From positions 1 to 64,000 of IMG/VR virus record IMGVR_UViG_3300045970_000046: a DNA stretch of 64,000 nt; one strand, given 5' to 3'. The position numbers and the translations under genes are program-made. The notes under the pieces were generated by a model. The model saw only the letters and a list, made by a program, of their open reading frames with translations, ran no database searches and had not been told where the DNA came from. The stretch is from a virus. Shown piece after piece: positions 55,662 through 64,000 of this stretch; positions within the stretch are counted from its first letter, which is position 1, and each line of letters starts with the position of its first letter.

Positions 55662-55671
55662 TCAAACTCCC

Positions 55672-56220
55672 TTAACGGCGGCCGCGTTTGCGGCTCGATG
55701 CTTTCGTCGGAGGCTTTAAGCCGAGGGCTTGGATAGGCGCGTCAGCTCCAAGACGTTCCGCACCGACACCCATGATCAAACTGCTCTGGCCCTTCTTACG
55801 ACTACGAATAGCTTCACGGGCGTTCATCATCGCCGATTCTATGAAACCTGGAGGAGCTTGTGCTGAAGGTCTATTCGTATTAAGGTATTTGATATAGGGA
55901 GCATTATTCGTAATATAGAGTATACCGAAGCCTACGTATTTCGCAATGGTGCTATAACCCTCACTTAGAGCCTCAGAACCTCCCGCAGAACGAGAAGCTG
56001 GCTTTAAGGGCTTAGGATATTTATACTGAGTCGGTATACTACCGAGACCAACCTGCCAGTTAGATTTAGCTCGGCTGGTGTCAACCGGTGTAGCCGTGAC
56101 TAGTGTTGTAAGAACAGTTCGAGCTACGTCCTTGGTAACAGAGTCACCAAAGCGCTCGGCCCCCTTAGCATACATACGGAGCTTCTTTGCATAGTCACCA
56201 AAAGTTAGCTTATTAGCCAT
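55672..56220 (-). CDS. HK97 gp10-like tail completion protein
   Basis: TPVDT.RA..NW ... I.NN.PY...LN...S.QAP.GF. Confidence 0.85.
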   Translation of the reverse strand: MANKLTFGDYAKKLRMYAKGAERFGDSVTKDVARTVLTTLVTATPVDTSRAKSNWQVGLGSIPTQYKYPKPLKPASRSAGGSEALSEGYSTIAKYVGFGILYITNNAPYIKYLNTNRPSAQAPPGFIESAMMNAREAIRSRKKGQSSLIMGVGAERLGADAPIQALGLKPPTKASSRKRGRR

Positions 56221-56223
56221 GAC

Positions 56224-56975
56224 CTATGCTTTAGACTCCGTCTGCTGATTCTGCCACTCGAGGTATACACCGTCTAAATGCTGGACATGAAAACTTAGAT
56301 CCGCTAACTGGTCTAAATCTATATCGTAGACTTCAGCGTAACGTACGACAGCTAGCCACGGGATTGGTCCCATTCCAAACCCAATGCTACGGCAAGAAGA
56401 AAGCTCCAAGAAGGCCGTGTAGAAAAACTCTAAGCCTTCAAGGAGCTCTGGTGCATTTTTAATTCTGTCGGGTATAGGCTGCCGTGACCTATAGCACTGA
56501 TCTAGTATTACTTTTTCTCTAGGTCCTAACTCAAGGGAGTAAAGGAGGACCTCGGCTAGTTTTTTGCGTCAGCCTCGAGGGCGTCAGCACGGAACAGGGC
56601 GACCTTAGCCGCACACTCGCGGATATCGGTAAATAGGTCAGGTAGATCGGTTAAGACCTTGATAATGTTCTCTTCCGTAAAGGGAAGAGCCACATTCTTA
56701 CTATCCTCAACGTTTTCCCAAGCGAGGATAATAGACTTAGCGTACACCCGGCGTTGAATAGCCTGGCCAGTCTCCTCATCTAGAGTCTCCGTTTGAATCT
56801 GACGACGGAAAGCCTTAGTCTCCTTCTCGAGCACCTTAGAGAACCTGGCATTGGAACCACCGGCCCGTGCAATCTTAATACGGATCGGAAGACCCTTGCT
56901 GTTCTTACCGTACTCGAGGAAGATACCGTCCTTCTCCTGATTCTCACTGGTAGCGAATTGCTTATACAGCGACAT
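56224..56975 (-). CDS. tail assembly chaperone GT (-1 frameshift product)
   Basis: -1 frame open from slippery site to 56224: KLAEVLLY...PELLEGLEFFYTAFLEL..CR..G.GMGPIPW. Confidence 0.8.
56556..56975 (-). CDS. tail assembly chaperone G
   Basis: SLYK.F.T....E.DG...IARAGGSN..F ... LPDLF; follows tail tube gene. Confidence 0.85.
   Translation of the reverse strand: MSLYKQFATSENQEKDGIFLEYGKNSKGLPIRIKIARAGGSNARFSKVLEKETKAFRRQIQTETLDEETGQAIQRRVYAKSIILAWENVEDSKNVALPFTEENIIKVLTDLPDLFTDIRECAAKVALFRADALEADAKN
56559..56565 (-). promoter_or_regulatory. -1 programmed frameshift slippery site
   Basis: A AAA AAC immediately before the TAG of chaperone G. Confidence 0.85.
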
Positions 56976-57028
56976 TATAGTAACCGTCCGATCTCGTCAA
57001 GGTTTAGGGTGGGACTACAGTGCAGCTT

Positions 57029-57063
57029 GAAAATAGGGAGGCCCATTACCCGGGGCCTCCTTC
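57029..57063 (-). terminator. terminator after tail tube gene
   Basis: GGAGGCCC/GGGCCTCC plus TATTTT on - strand. Confidence 0.7.
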
Positions 57064-57078
57064 GGGTTCGTACGTGTA

Positions 57079-58596
57079 CTAGCCGGCCACAGACGGAAGA
57101 TACGCGAACGAAGTCATTAGGAACGTGTGGAGCAGCACGGGGTGCTGAGCCGCAGTCATGTCCAGGGGCAGTTCGATCGGCTTGTCCTGAACAACCTGCA
57201 GTTCACCGTTACCTAGAGAAATCAGCGGTAAGTCGAACACATAACCGGCGTTCTTCTTAACCATGCAGATATCGAGGGTCACGTCGGCGTTGTTACGAAC
57301 CGCCTGTACACCGGCGACATCCGCGAAGTAGGCGGTAATCTTACCGTCTACAACGAAGTTACCAGCCACGGTATCGAAACCACCTAGAGTACCGATAGCC
57401 TTAACATCCGTCACGCTGTTCGAGAGCTTGATGCTAATGTCCGTTGCGTACGCGAACAGCGCCGTAGGTGCCGGGTCGGTCGAGCTAACAAGGGCCATCT
57501 TGATACGGCTGAAGTCGCTCGAAGTGTTGAACGGATCGCTACCGCTCAGGGGCGGCCGGATACCGACCTTGATACCAGTCGTACCGTTACGCTGCTCGTT
57601 ATCGAGGGCCACAAAGGCCATCTCGGCGGTCACCTTATCGGCGGTCTTAACGTTTAGGGTGAATTCGTTAGCGCAGGCCCCGATGAGGTATTCCGACATG
57701 ACGCCAATGGCGTCCGCGCCTAGGGTACGTTCGATCTGGTAGGTACGACGCTTGATTAGGTTCGGATCCGCTTCGTTCTTAACAGTCGTTCCGAAGTAAA
57801 GCTGGATGGTCTTACCGGTACCGGCATCGCCAGTCGCAACCCAGTCGGTCTTATCTAATTCAAGGTACGCCGCGGTAATATTACGGATACGGGCGAAGCC
57901 ACCACCGCTCGAGAAAGTGGTCGAGGCAATATCACCACCGATGTAGATCCACTCCCCAACAGTCAGCCGTAGATTCGACATCGTGACCGAAGCGCTAGTG
58001 ACACGCGGAAGACCACCGGCCATGACAATGCTTAGGTCCCCGCTAACGAACTGGTGACCGACACACGTAACCTTAGCAGCAGCAGGAGCGTCAGCCTCGT
58101 CCGAAAGTCCGGCCGAAACAGTAAGTAGACCACTCGCTACCGCGGTTACCGAGTGTAGACCATTATTACCGGCCACACTGAAGCCTTCGAAGAATACAAG
58201 GTCCCCAACAGTAAAGACATCAAGACCGGACGAAGCGGCTACGGTGTGAGCGGCCCCGTTGATGGAACCTAAGTCCACGGCCGTAGTATTCAGCGGCATC
58301 GTGGTGGCCTTCTCATGGGCATCCGCGAACAGGAAGCCCTGCATAAGGCGCAGCGTGTTCAGCTGGGTAAGGTCCTGCTCGAAAGCGCCAGAAGCCGTAA
58401 GGTCGGTCACAGTACCCTTTTGCTGCTGGCGGGACTGGGAGATCGGCTTACGGGCGATGGTGGTCAACTTACCACCGAAGTTAGTGTACTTGTTCGGCTC
58501 GAGCGGGAACCAGACAGGCGACCCGGGCAGAACCTTTAAGGTAGATTCTTCGGCGTACCGAAGACCTGTAACGTTTGAATCGATTTTGACGGCCAT
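57079..58596 (-). CDS. major tail tube protein
   Basis: KIDSN.TGLR.AEE...W..LEPN.Y..FGG; position. Confidence 0.88.
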   Translation of the reverse strand: MAVKIDSNVTGLRYAEESTLKVLPGSPVWFPLEPNKYTNFGGKLTTIARKPISQSRQQQKGTVTDLTASGAFEQDLTQLNTLRLMQGFLFADAHEKATTMPLNTTAVDLGSINGAAHTVAASSGLDVFTVGDLVFFEGFSVAGNNGLHSVTAVASGLLTVSAGLSDEADAPAAAKVTCVGHQFVSGDLSIVMAGGLPRVTSASVTMSNLRLTVGEWIYIGGDIASTTFSSGGGFARIRNITAAYLELDKTDWVATGDAGTGKTIQLYFGTTVKNEADPNLIKRRTYQIERTLGADAIGVMSEYLIGACANEFTLNVKTADKVTAEMAFVALDNEQRNGTTGIKVGIRPPLSGSDPFNTSSDFSRIKMALVSSTDPAPTALFAYATDISIKLSNSVTDVKAIGTLGGFDTVAGNFVVDGKITAYFADVAGVQAVRNNADVTLDICMVKKNAGYVFDLPLISLGNGELQVVQDKPIELPLDMTAAQHPVLLHTFLMTSFAYLPSVAG

Positions 58597-58597
58597 G

Positions 58598-59050
58598 TTA
58601 TTTCACCTCTGAGTAGGAAAAACCGGCTTCCGCATTCATCTGAAACCAACCATTTTCTGGACCTATCTCTACGACGTGACAATTACGGAACCAGATGCCA
58701 TTTGGTGAAGCCTTTCCTTCAAAGGCATCTTTGGCTATAGTAGCTAAACCTTCAGCAATTGTCAAACTTTTTCCGCTCCCTGATGGACCGAAACACTGCA
58801 CATAAAGGATCCCTTGATATTCGTAAAGTCGGCTACCAACCGGTCCTAACGCAACCTGCCTACCAGACGTATGAATCAGTAGAGCTTTCGCGTAGGGGAT
58901 ACCAGCCGGTGGAGTATTGGTATATTCTACACCCTGCCAGTAGATCTCGGGAGCAATAGATTGATGCGGTAGGTTAAACGGTGGGGCATATAGCTCCCAG
59001 TCTAACTTAAGCATCGTAAAGATTTCGTCACGGGCCTCAGCCGACGTCAT
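58598..59050 (-). CDS. tail terminator protein
   Basis: ARDEI ... G...VQ.F.P ... AFEG....G.WFR ... WFQ.N. Confidence 0.8.
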   Translation of the reverse strand: MTSAEARDEIFTMLKLDWELYAPPFNLPHQSIAPEIYWQGVEYTNTPPAGIPYAKALLIHTSGRQVALGPVGSRLYEYQGILYVQCFGPSGSGKSLTIAEGLATIAKDAFEGKASPNGIWFRNCHVVEIGPENGWFQMNAEAGFSYSEVK

Positions 59051-61200
59051 TGCCGTACCTGTAGAATATAGATAATAGCGTTACCGTCAGGGGCTACTTC
59101 CTGAATCGAAACAATAGTCCAAATAGATTCGGCCGATTCTCTAATCTGGGCTTGAATATTAGGTGTGGCCGTTAAACCCTGGGCCGCGATTAATAGGCGC
59201 TTTTCTTTGGTTGGTAGAAGTTCATTAAAATCAGGCTGCCTATAATCGGCTGCTCCACCGTCTTTATTCTTACGGGAAGTAAGCCAGACACCCTTCACAG
59301 TCTGACTCATCGTACCGATACTTTCGATACGCCAAGGCCTAGCGACTTCAGCTAGTTGATCTACAAAGACAACGAGCTCGATATTGGCCCCAAATTTCGC
59401 GATAAGGCGTTTAGCTGTCTGCATAGCCTTTTCTATTACTTCACTAGGTATCTGAAGATAACCGAGGTGCGGCGCGGTTCCGCTGGCTGTAGATAGTAGA
59501 CTTAGGCTTACAAGATCATAAGCTAAACCTACTACAGAACGTTCACCGGTAGCCGCTGCAACACTAGAAGCTAAACCTAGTATAACATCGCCTGTTACAT
59601 CGCGTAACCCTTCTAATACACCATATGTTGAAGCTGAAGTTATTCCCTCAGCTGGGCCTAAAGCTTCTATAGTTTCCGTACCGGTTAGTAGTCCTAGGGC
59701 TGATCCCGACGCTATACCTAAGACTTCACCGCTTACATTACGTACTCCCAGTACGAGAGTACAAGCGGAACCCTCCGAGATACCACTAGGCGTACCAGAT
59801 ACACTTCTATACCCACTTAAGCTAGTAGTTCCAGAACTTGAAACTAAAGAAGATACACTAGTGGATATACTTCTCGTACCTACTAGAGTTAGGGCTGTAG
59901 TAGATACAAGACTAGAAGCCGTTCCCGGTACCGCCCTACTCGCAAGAGGTATACCGAGTGTAGAGGAGGACGTAGTAGCTAGACCCGAGCCAGATCTTAC
60001 CTCTAGACTGTAGGAACTACCTGTAGCAGCCCCTACACTTGATGTAGAAACTAAGCCCGGGACTACCGCTGTGATCGCTCTAGTACCCGTAGAACCGGAT
60101 AAGACCGACACCGAGGTAACTGTGGCCACAGAGCTTACGTTTCGAGCTCCAGTGCCGGTACCTAAAGCGGATGTAGAAGTTACGCTACCGACCGTGGTTG
60201 TTAAGGAACGTGAGCCAGTCGATGTAAGGGTAGAGGTAGAAGTAAGAGTAGCTACCGCGGAGCTGACCGAGCGTGTGCCTGTAGCTACTGAAATAGCTGA
60301 TGTAGACGGATAGGTAAGTGTATCCGTGATATTACGTGAACCTGTACCGGTACCTATGCTCGATGTAGAACTTATACTTCCGGCCGTGGTTGTTATTCCA
60401 CGAGTACCAGTGCTAACCTCAGTGCTAGTAGAGGAGATACTACCGGCTGTAGTGACTATGGCCCTTGTGCCGGTTGGTGCACCTAGGCTAGATACAGAAC
60501 TACATGCCAAACCCGTACCAGAAGCAGCCACAGAGGCGGATCCGGTAGCTATACCAAGGGCTGAGGTAGATTGTACGCTAGCGGGCGTCGCCGTTACAGC
60601 CCGCGTACCTGTAGAGGCTGTAATAGTCGAACTAGAACTGAGACTAGTAGAACTAGCTACATCACGGGAGCCTGTAGAGTTACCCGCCGTCGATGACGAC
60701 GACGTAGCCAGTGCTGTATTAGTCCCCTGCCGTGTATTGGTAGTAGAACCTAGAACAGAAGTAGAAGAGAGTCCACCGGCGGTAGAACTAATACTACGAG
60801 AACCTGTACTAGAACCGAGGGACGAAGAAGAAGAGACATCTACCCCAGTTCCACTTCTAGATTCGCTAACGGTAGCGAAACCGGTAGAGACTGAATAGGC
60901 GCTAGACGATGTAAGAGCGCCAGCCGCTACAGATACAGCTCTAGCCCCGGTAGAATTATTAAGAGCGGAACTAGAGCTTGCGGTAGAGCCTGTACCTGTA
61001 GCATTACGGGAACCAGTAGAAGAACCTAAAGCGGAAGTTGAAGAGATCCCACTAGGTACAGAGCTAACACTACGTGTGCCGGTACTAGTACCGATGGTCG
61101 ATGTAGACGAAGTGTCTACCCCGGTACCACTTCGGGCTTCACCCGTAGCTCCAGCGTCGAAAACGCCGGTGTCGAAGATATTAGGGTCGAAGACCGCCAC
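59047..61200 (-). CDS. head-closure protein with ~580-aa Ser/Thr repeat extension
   Basis: C-term A.RLI.KFG...PW...W.IV....P.G..I.Y.LQVR; ~22-aa TG.R repeats. Confidence 0.75.
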   Translation of the reverse strand: MAVFDPNIFDTGVFDAGATGEARSGTGVDTSSTSTIGTSTGTRSVSSVPSGISSTSALGSSTGSRNATGTGSTASSSSALNNSTGARAVSVAAGALTSSSAYSVSTGFATVSESRSGTGVDVSSSSSLGSSTGSRSISSTAGGLSSTSVLGSTTNTRQGTNTALATSSSSTAGNSTGSRDVASSTSLSSSSTITASTGTRAVTATPASVQSTSALGIATGSASVAASGTGLACSSVSSLGAPTGTRAIVTTAGSISSTSTEVSTGTRGITTTAGSISSTSSIGTGTGSRNITDTLTYPSTSAISVATGTRSVSSAVATLTSTSTLTSTGSRSLTTTVGSVTSTSALGTGTGARNVSSVATVTSVSVLSGSTGTRAITAVVPGLVSTSSVGAATGSSYSLEVRSGSGLATTSSSTLGIPLASRAVPGTASSLVSTTALTLVGTRSISTSVSSLVSSSGTTSLSGYRSVSGTPSGISEGSACTLVLGVRNVSGEVLGIASGSALGLLTGTETIEALGPAEGITSASTYGVLEGLRDVTGDVILGLASSVAAATGERSVVGLAYDLVSLSLLSTASGTAPHLGYLQIPSEVIEKAMQTAKRLIAKFGANIELVVFVDQLAEVARPWRIESIGTMSQTVKGVWLTSRKNKDGGAADYRQPDFNELLPTKEKRLLIAAQGLTATPNIQAQIRESAESIWTIVSIQEVAPDGNAIIYILQVRQ

Positions 61201-61220
61201 GGGCTAACCCCCTAGAACGG

Positions 61221-62156
61221 TCAGAAATCGCTTTCGACGTACAACCGAACCATAGCCATATTATGAGCTGCGGCTAGTGCACCGTTACGGACTTGAAAGC
61301 GAGGTCCGAGTAATGTCGTAGCCGCCGGGACGTTAGTCGTATAGCTAGTGTTGAGCAGGTCCGTTCCAACACCGCTGTTAGCGATCTGCTGCACGCGCAC
61401 GAACAACTCCGTAGTGCCCGGCTTCACATACATCGTCAGGTCGAAGACTTGTTCGGCAGCCGCAGCTACCAACGCGGAAGACCGGGTTGCAGCCGCCGTA
61501 CCGGCGCGGACGCAGAAGTACCAAGAAGCGTCCGCGGCGTTTAGGTGCATTCCACAGAAGTCGTTGATTGTGCTGGAGGGGTCACCGGCCAGAGCAACGA
61601 TGGTGCTACCCACCCCCACGCACTTCTGGACCCCTGTAGTGTGGAGCGTGCCCTGCGTGAAGCGGCAGTAGAAGAACCAGCCGCCGGGGGTGTTGGCGCT
61701 GCCACCAAACATCGAGGCACGAGGGGCCCACGCCCCTGCTGCGTTACCTGCCGTGGTGCTAGTAGCGAACTGTACCTTGTCGAGCGACGTACTCAGGTTC
61801 GTCAGAGCATTGGTGGGGTGCGAGAGCGTAGCGCCCGTGGTAGGCGTCATACCCTGCGAACCCATAGCGGTGGCCGTACCCGGCCCCCAAAGAATGACGC
61901 GATTCGTAAATAGCGACGTCTGGAGCATCGAATCTACTCCAGAGGGACCCTTAATCTTCGGCATAGCCCGGCCGGCGATAAGCTTAGCGTATAGGCTCAT
62001 CTTACCGGCGGCCGGTGTAGCCGGGTCGGTGGTACCCGCGGTCATTAAGATACCATCGGCGTCTGGAACGTGGTCAGCGTTCCATTCGTCTTTACTAGCC
62101 ACAGTACCGTCGGCGCCCTGTGCCTTGGCGCTAACGAAGGTATGCTTGAGCGCCAT
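61221..62156 (-). CDS. virion accessory (lectin-like) protein
   Basis: H.FVSAK..G.D....EWNA.H N-terminus; beta-rich. Confidence 0.7.
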   Translation of the reverse strand: MALKHTFVSAKAQGADGTVASKDEWNADHVPDADGILMTAGTTDPATPAAGKMSLYAKLIAGRAMPKIKGPSGVDSMLQTSLFTNRVILWGPGTATAMGSQGMTPTTGATLSHPTNALTNLSTSLDKVQFATSTTAGNAAGAWAPRASMFGGSANTPGGWFFYCRFTQGTLHTTGVQKCVGVGSTIVALAGDPSSTINDFCGMHLNAADASWYFCVRAGTAAATRSSALVAAAAEQVFDLTMYVKPGTTELFVRVQQIANSGVGTDLLNTSYTTNVPAATTLLGPRFQVRNGALAAAHNMAMVRLYVESDF

Positions 62157-62169
62157 GTTTAAGCCGGAC

Positions 62170-62553
62170 TTACGTGATGGAGATAGTTAGGGCGCTGACC
62201 GTGTAAGTGCCGTTAGAGCCGTAAGCACCTTCAGCCGCCGAAAGAGCTCCAGAGCCACAGAAGTCGGCGGCTACACCAGCCGCAGCGATACGCCACAGGC
62301 CGTAATGACTGAAGGCGTCACCGGCCTGGACGGAGATAACGGCACTTGCCCCAAGACCCTTGCTACCAGCCGCAGCCGCAGCCATATTTAACTGGACGCG
62401 GGCATACGGGGCTCCGGACATCTCGTTAGCCGACGCTGTCGCGAACACACCGGCCGGATCGGCACTGTGTAACGAGATATAGGTACCGGAGGAAGCACCC
62501 GTACCATAGCGCTGATCGAGTTCGTAGTTACGGGCATCTACTGACTGGGGCAT
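62170..62553 (-). CDS. small virion beta-sandwich protein (paralog of 48319 and 45473)
   Basis: YISLHSADP...ANE.SG..YAR...HYGLW. Confidence 0.75.
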   Translation of the reverse strand: MPQSVDARNYELDQRYGTGASSGTYISLHSADPAGVFATASANEMSGAPYARVQLNMAAAAAGSKGLGASAVISVQAGDAFSHYGLWRIAAAGVAADFCGSGALSAAEGAYGSNGTYTVSALTISIT

Positions 62554-62561
62554 AAGTTCTC

Positions 62562-63395
62562 CTAGATACGAATAAGTTGCAGTCGGTTACCGAACCGGAA
62601 AAGTGGAGTAAGTAGAGCTTCTACTTTTGTGAGTTTGGGTAAGGGTGAATAGGTACCTTCGCCTACAGCGTACTCTGTTTCAATAACGTCTACCTTCTCC
62701 TTTTTAACAGGAGAGGCTAAACGTGTAGGGAGTAGATCATCGGTTGTAAGTAATTCAATAGCTAACTGGCACTGGGCGTCTTTTAATAGCTGAGGAATTA
62801 CATCTATAGCTATATCAAAAGAGTCTACCTGTACGTCTATCCTAGGCCATTGAAGGGCTTGTGTACCGGAAACTTTGGTACCACGATAACGATCCCGAAC
62901 CTGCTCGAGATAATCAATAGCCTTAGTAAGTAGTATCTCGAGGGCGGGTTCATTCACGCCGGCGTCAATACCACCCGTAAACAAGATAGGTGACGACCAG
63001 GCCATATCCGCGGTCAGTATCCGGGACGATGTACCCGGAGTAACTATATTAAACTCGGCTGTGAGGGCGTTATCTACATCGGCTACTGTAGAAACATCTA
63101 CCTCATAATGAACTTGTACAGCATTCGCAAGAATAGTAACAGTAACGCCAGCTGCAGGAACTGAATCACCGCTAAGTTGAAGGCTGGTTTCGTTTCCATT
63201 GAGACCGGCCACTTTTGCTTCAAGAATACTGTTATAACCAGAAGGAAGACCAGAAAGTGTAGCTCGGCTAGCAGGATAGGATGTTCCAGAAACGAAAGTA
63301 ACACCTCGCTTAGCGGCATAGGTCCTAGCCTCCCCTGTCGTTACGTAGGAGTTGGCCCCCGCCACGAGTGTACCATCTTCGATGACGAGGGCCAT
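62562..63395 (-). CDS. head-tail adaptor (DnaT-like family) with inserted domain
   Basis: L.IEDGT.V.GANSYV ... A.DYLE...G.....QAL.WPR ... KV..IE.EY. Confidence 0.8.
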   Translation of the reverse strand: MALVIEDGTLVAGANSYVTTGEARTYAAKRGVTFVSGTSYPASRATLSGLPSGYNSILEAKVAGLNGNETSLQLSGDSVPAAGVTVTILANAVQVHYEVDVSTVADVDNALTAEFNIVTPGTSSRILTADMAWSSPILFTGGIDAGVNEPALEILLTKAIDYLEQVRDRYRGTKVSGTQALQWPRIDVQVDSFDIAIDVIPQLLKDAQCQLAIELLTTDDLLPTRLASPVKKEKVDVIETEYAVGEGTYSPLPKLTKVEALLTPLFRFGNRLQLIRI

Positions 63396-63407
63396 TCCTA
63401 GTTCTCC

Positions 63408-63617
63408 TTACGTGGTAGCGATCGAGCGCCAGGCCGTACCGTTCCAGACAGACAGAACGTTAGTGCCGACTAAGAGGCACATAAAGCCAGACGGCGGAGT
63501 ACCATTAGCCGTGACCCAAGCGGTACGGGCAGTAGCATCGGCAACAGAGAGAATCTTAATAGCCCCGGGATCCTTGTAACCAGACGAATCGTGACCCGGG
63601 AATGAATTCTTAGCCAT
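63408..63617 (-). CDS. small virion protein
   Basis: AAGGAG RBS; WNGTAW motif. Confidence 0.65.
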   Translation of the reverse strand: MAKNSFPGHDSSGYKDPGAIKILSVADATARTAWVTANGTPPSGFMCLLVGTNVLSVWNGTAWRSIATT

Positions 63618-63620
63618 GGC

Positions 63621-63929
63621 TTACTTCTCCTTAGCGGCAGGGGCTGCAGGGGGAGGCGGAGGTACGGCCTTAGGAGGAGCAACCACTTCGGCCGGCGGAG
63701 CAGGTAGGGCACGCTTCTGCACGGCCTTAACAATCTCCTTATACTTCTCAACGTACGCGGCAGGTGGGTCGCCGGCAACACCATCGCAATGCTCGATAGA
63801 GTCACCGTCGCCGAAGTGCTGCTTGTTACGGAACATAGAGGTACCGAGATCCCAGGCCTCGTCAATTTGGGCCTGAGTTGGAACAGGACCGTCGATAAAG
63901 TAGAGGATTTTCCGCTTTGAGGTCTGCAT
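63621..63929 (-). CDS. conserved small head-associated protein
   Basis: KILYF..G..PT...FRN...E.CDGVAG..P; AAGGAG RBS. Confidence 0.7.
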   Translation of the reverse strand: MQTSKRKILYFIDGPVPTQAQIDEAWDLGTSMFRNKQHFGDGDSIEHCDGVAGDPPAAYVEKYKEIVKAVQKRALPAPPAEVVAPPKAVPPPPPAAPAAKEK

Positions 63930-63952
63930 TATTTCTCCTTGGTAGTTTTAGG

Positions 63953-63983
63953 AAGAACGAGGGGAGTCTAACCCCTCGTTCTT
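63953..63983 (-). terminator. hairpin, probable terminator of upstream (capsid?) gene
   Basis: AAGAACGAGGGG/CCCCTCGTTCTT. Confidence 0.55.
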
Positions 63984-64000
63984 AGCCCGTGGAACCTTGA

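Noticed and set aside
13852-63929. Numerous antisense or alternative-frame ORFs inside helicase, SSB, PolA, tail fibre, TMP, tail tube and repeat proteins
   Set aside because: No motifs or RBS; explained by codon bias of the real genes
1-64000. Prophage or integration module
   Set aside because: No integrase, att-like boundary or host housekeeping genes seen

Overview
A 64-kb piece of a tailed (siphovirus-type) dsDNA phage genome. No integrase is seen; terminase, portal, capsid and primase lie outside the window. Layout: (i) 1-13.6 kb, + strand: about 45 small, often Cys-rich early ORFs interleaved with five tRNAs (all with U34, including the rare Ile-UAU), a tmRNA (tag ANEPMALLAVA), a type II hammerhead ribozyme and an unexplained structured spacer. 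(ii) 13.6-19.3 kb, - strand: SF2 helicase, Cas4-like nuclease, nucleoside deoxyribosyltransferase, SSB, AAA ATPase, endonuclease VII. (iii) 19.4-28.6 kb, + strand: a 7-deazaguanine DNA-modification operon (queE, queC, queD, PRTase-folE fusion, dpdA), a sliding-clamp-like gene, two MazG-like genes and a family A polymerase with non-canonical motif A/B residues. (iv) 28.6-64 kb, - strand: neck, tail and lysis genes. The most unusual part is an ~9-kb cassette (40.1-49.3 kb) between two copies of the distal-tail gene. It encodes an intact S8 subtilase, a catalytically dead paralog, a stand-alone S8 pro-domain-like ORF and signal-peptide/lipoprotein ORFs. Two of its domains (Ig-like and CBM-like) appear split across adjacent genes. 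Also notable: about 9 clamp-binding-like motifs in the tape measure protein, a Hint domain capping the tail fibre, and early proteins sharing the SSB's PPW tail. All family assignments come from motifs read by eye, not from database searches.
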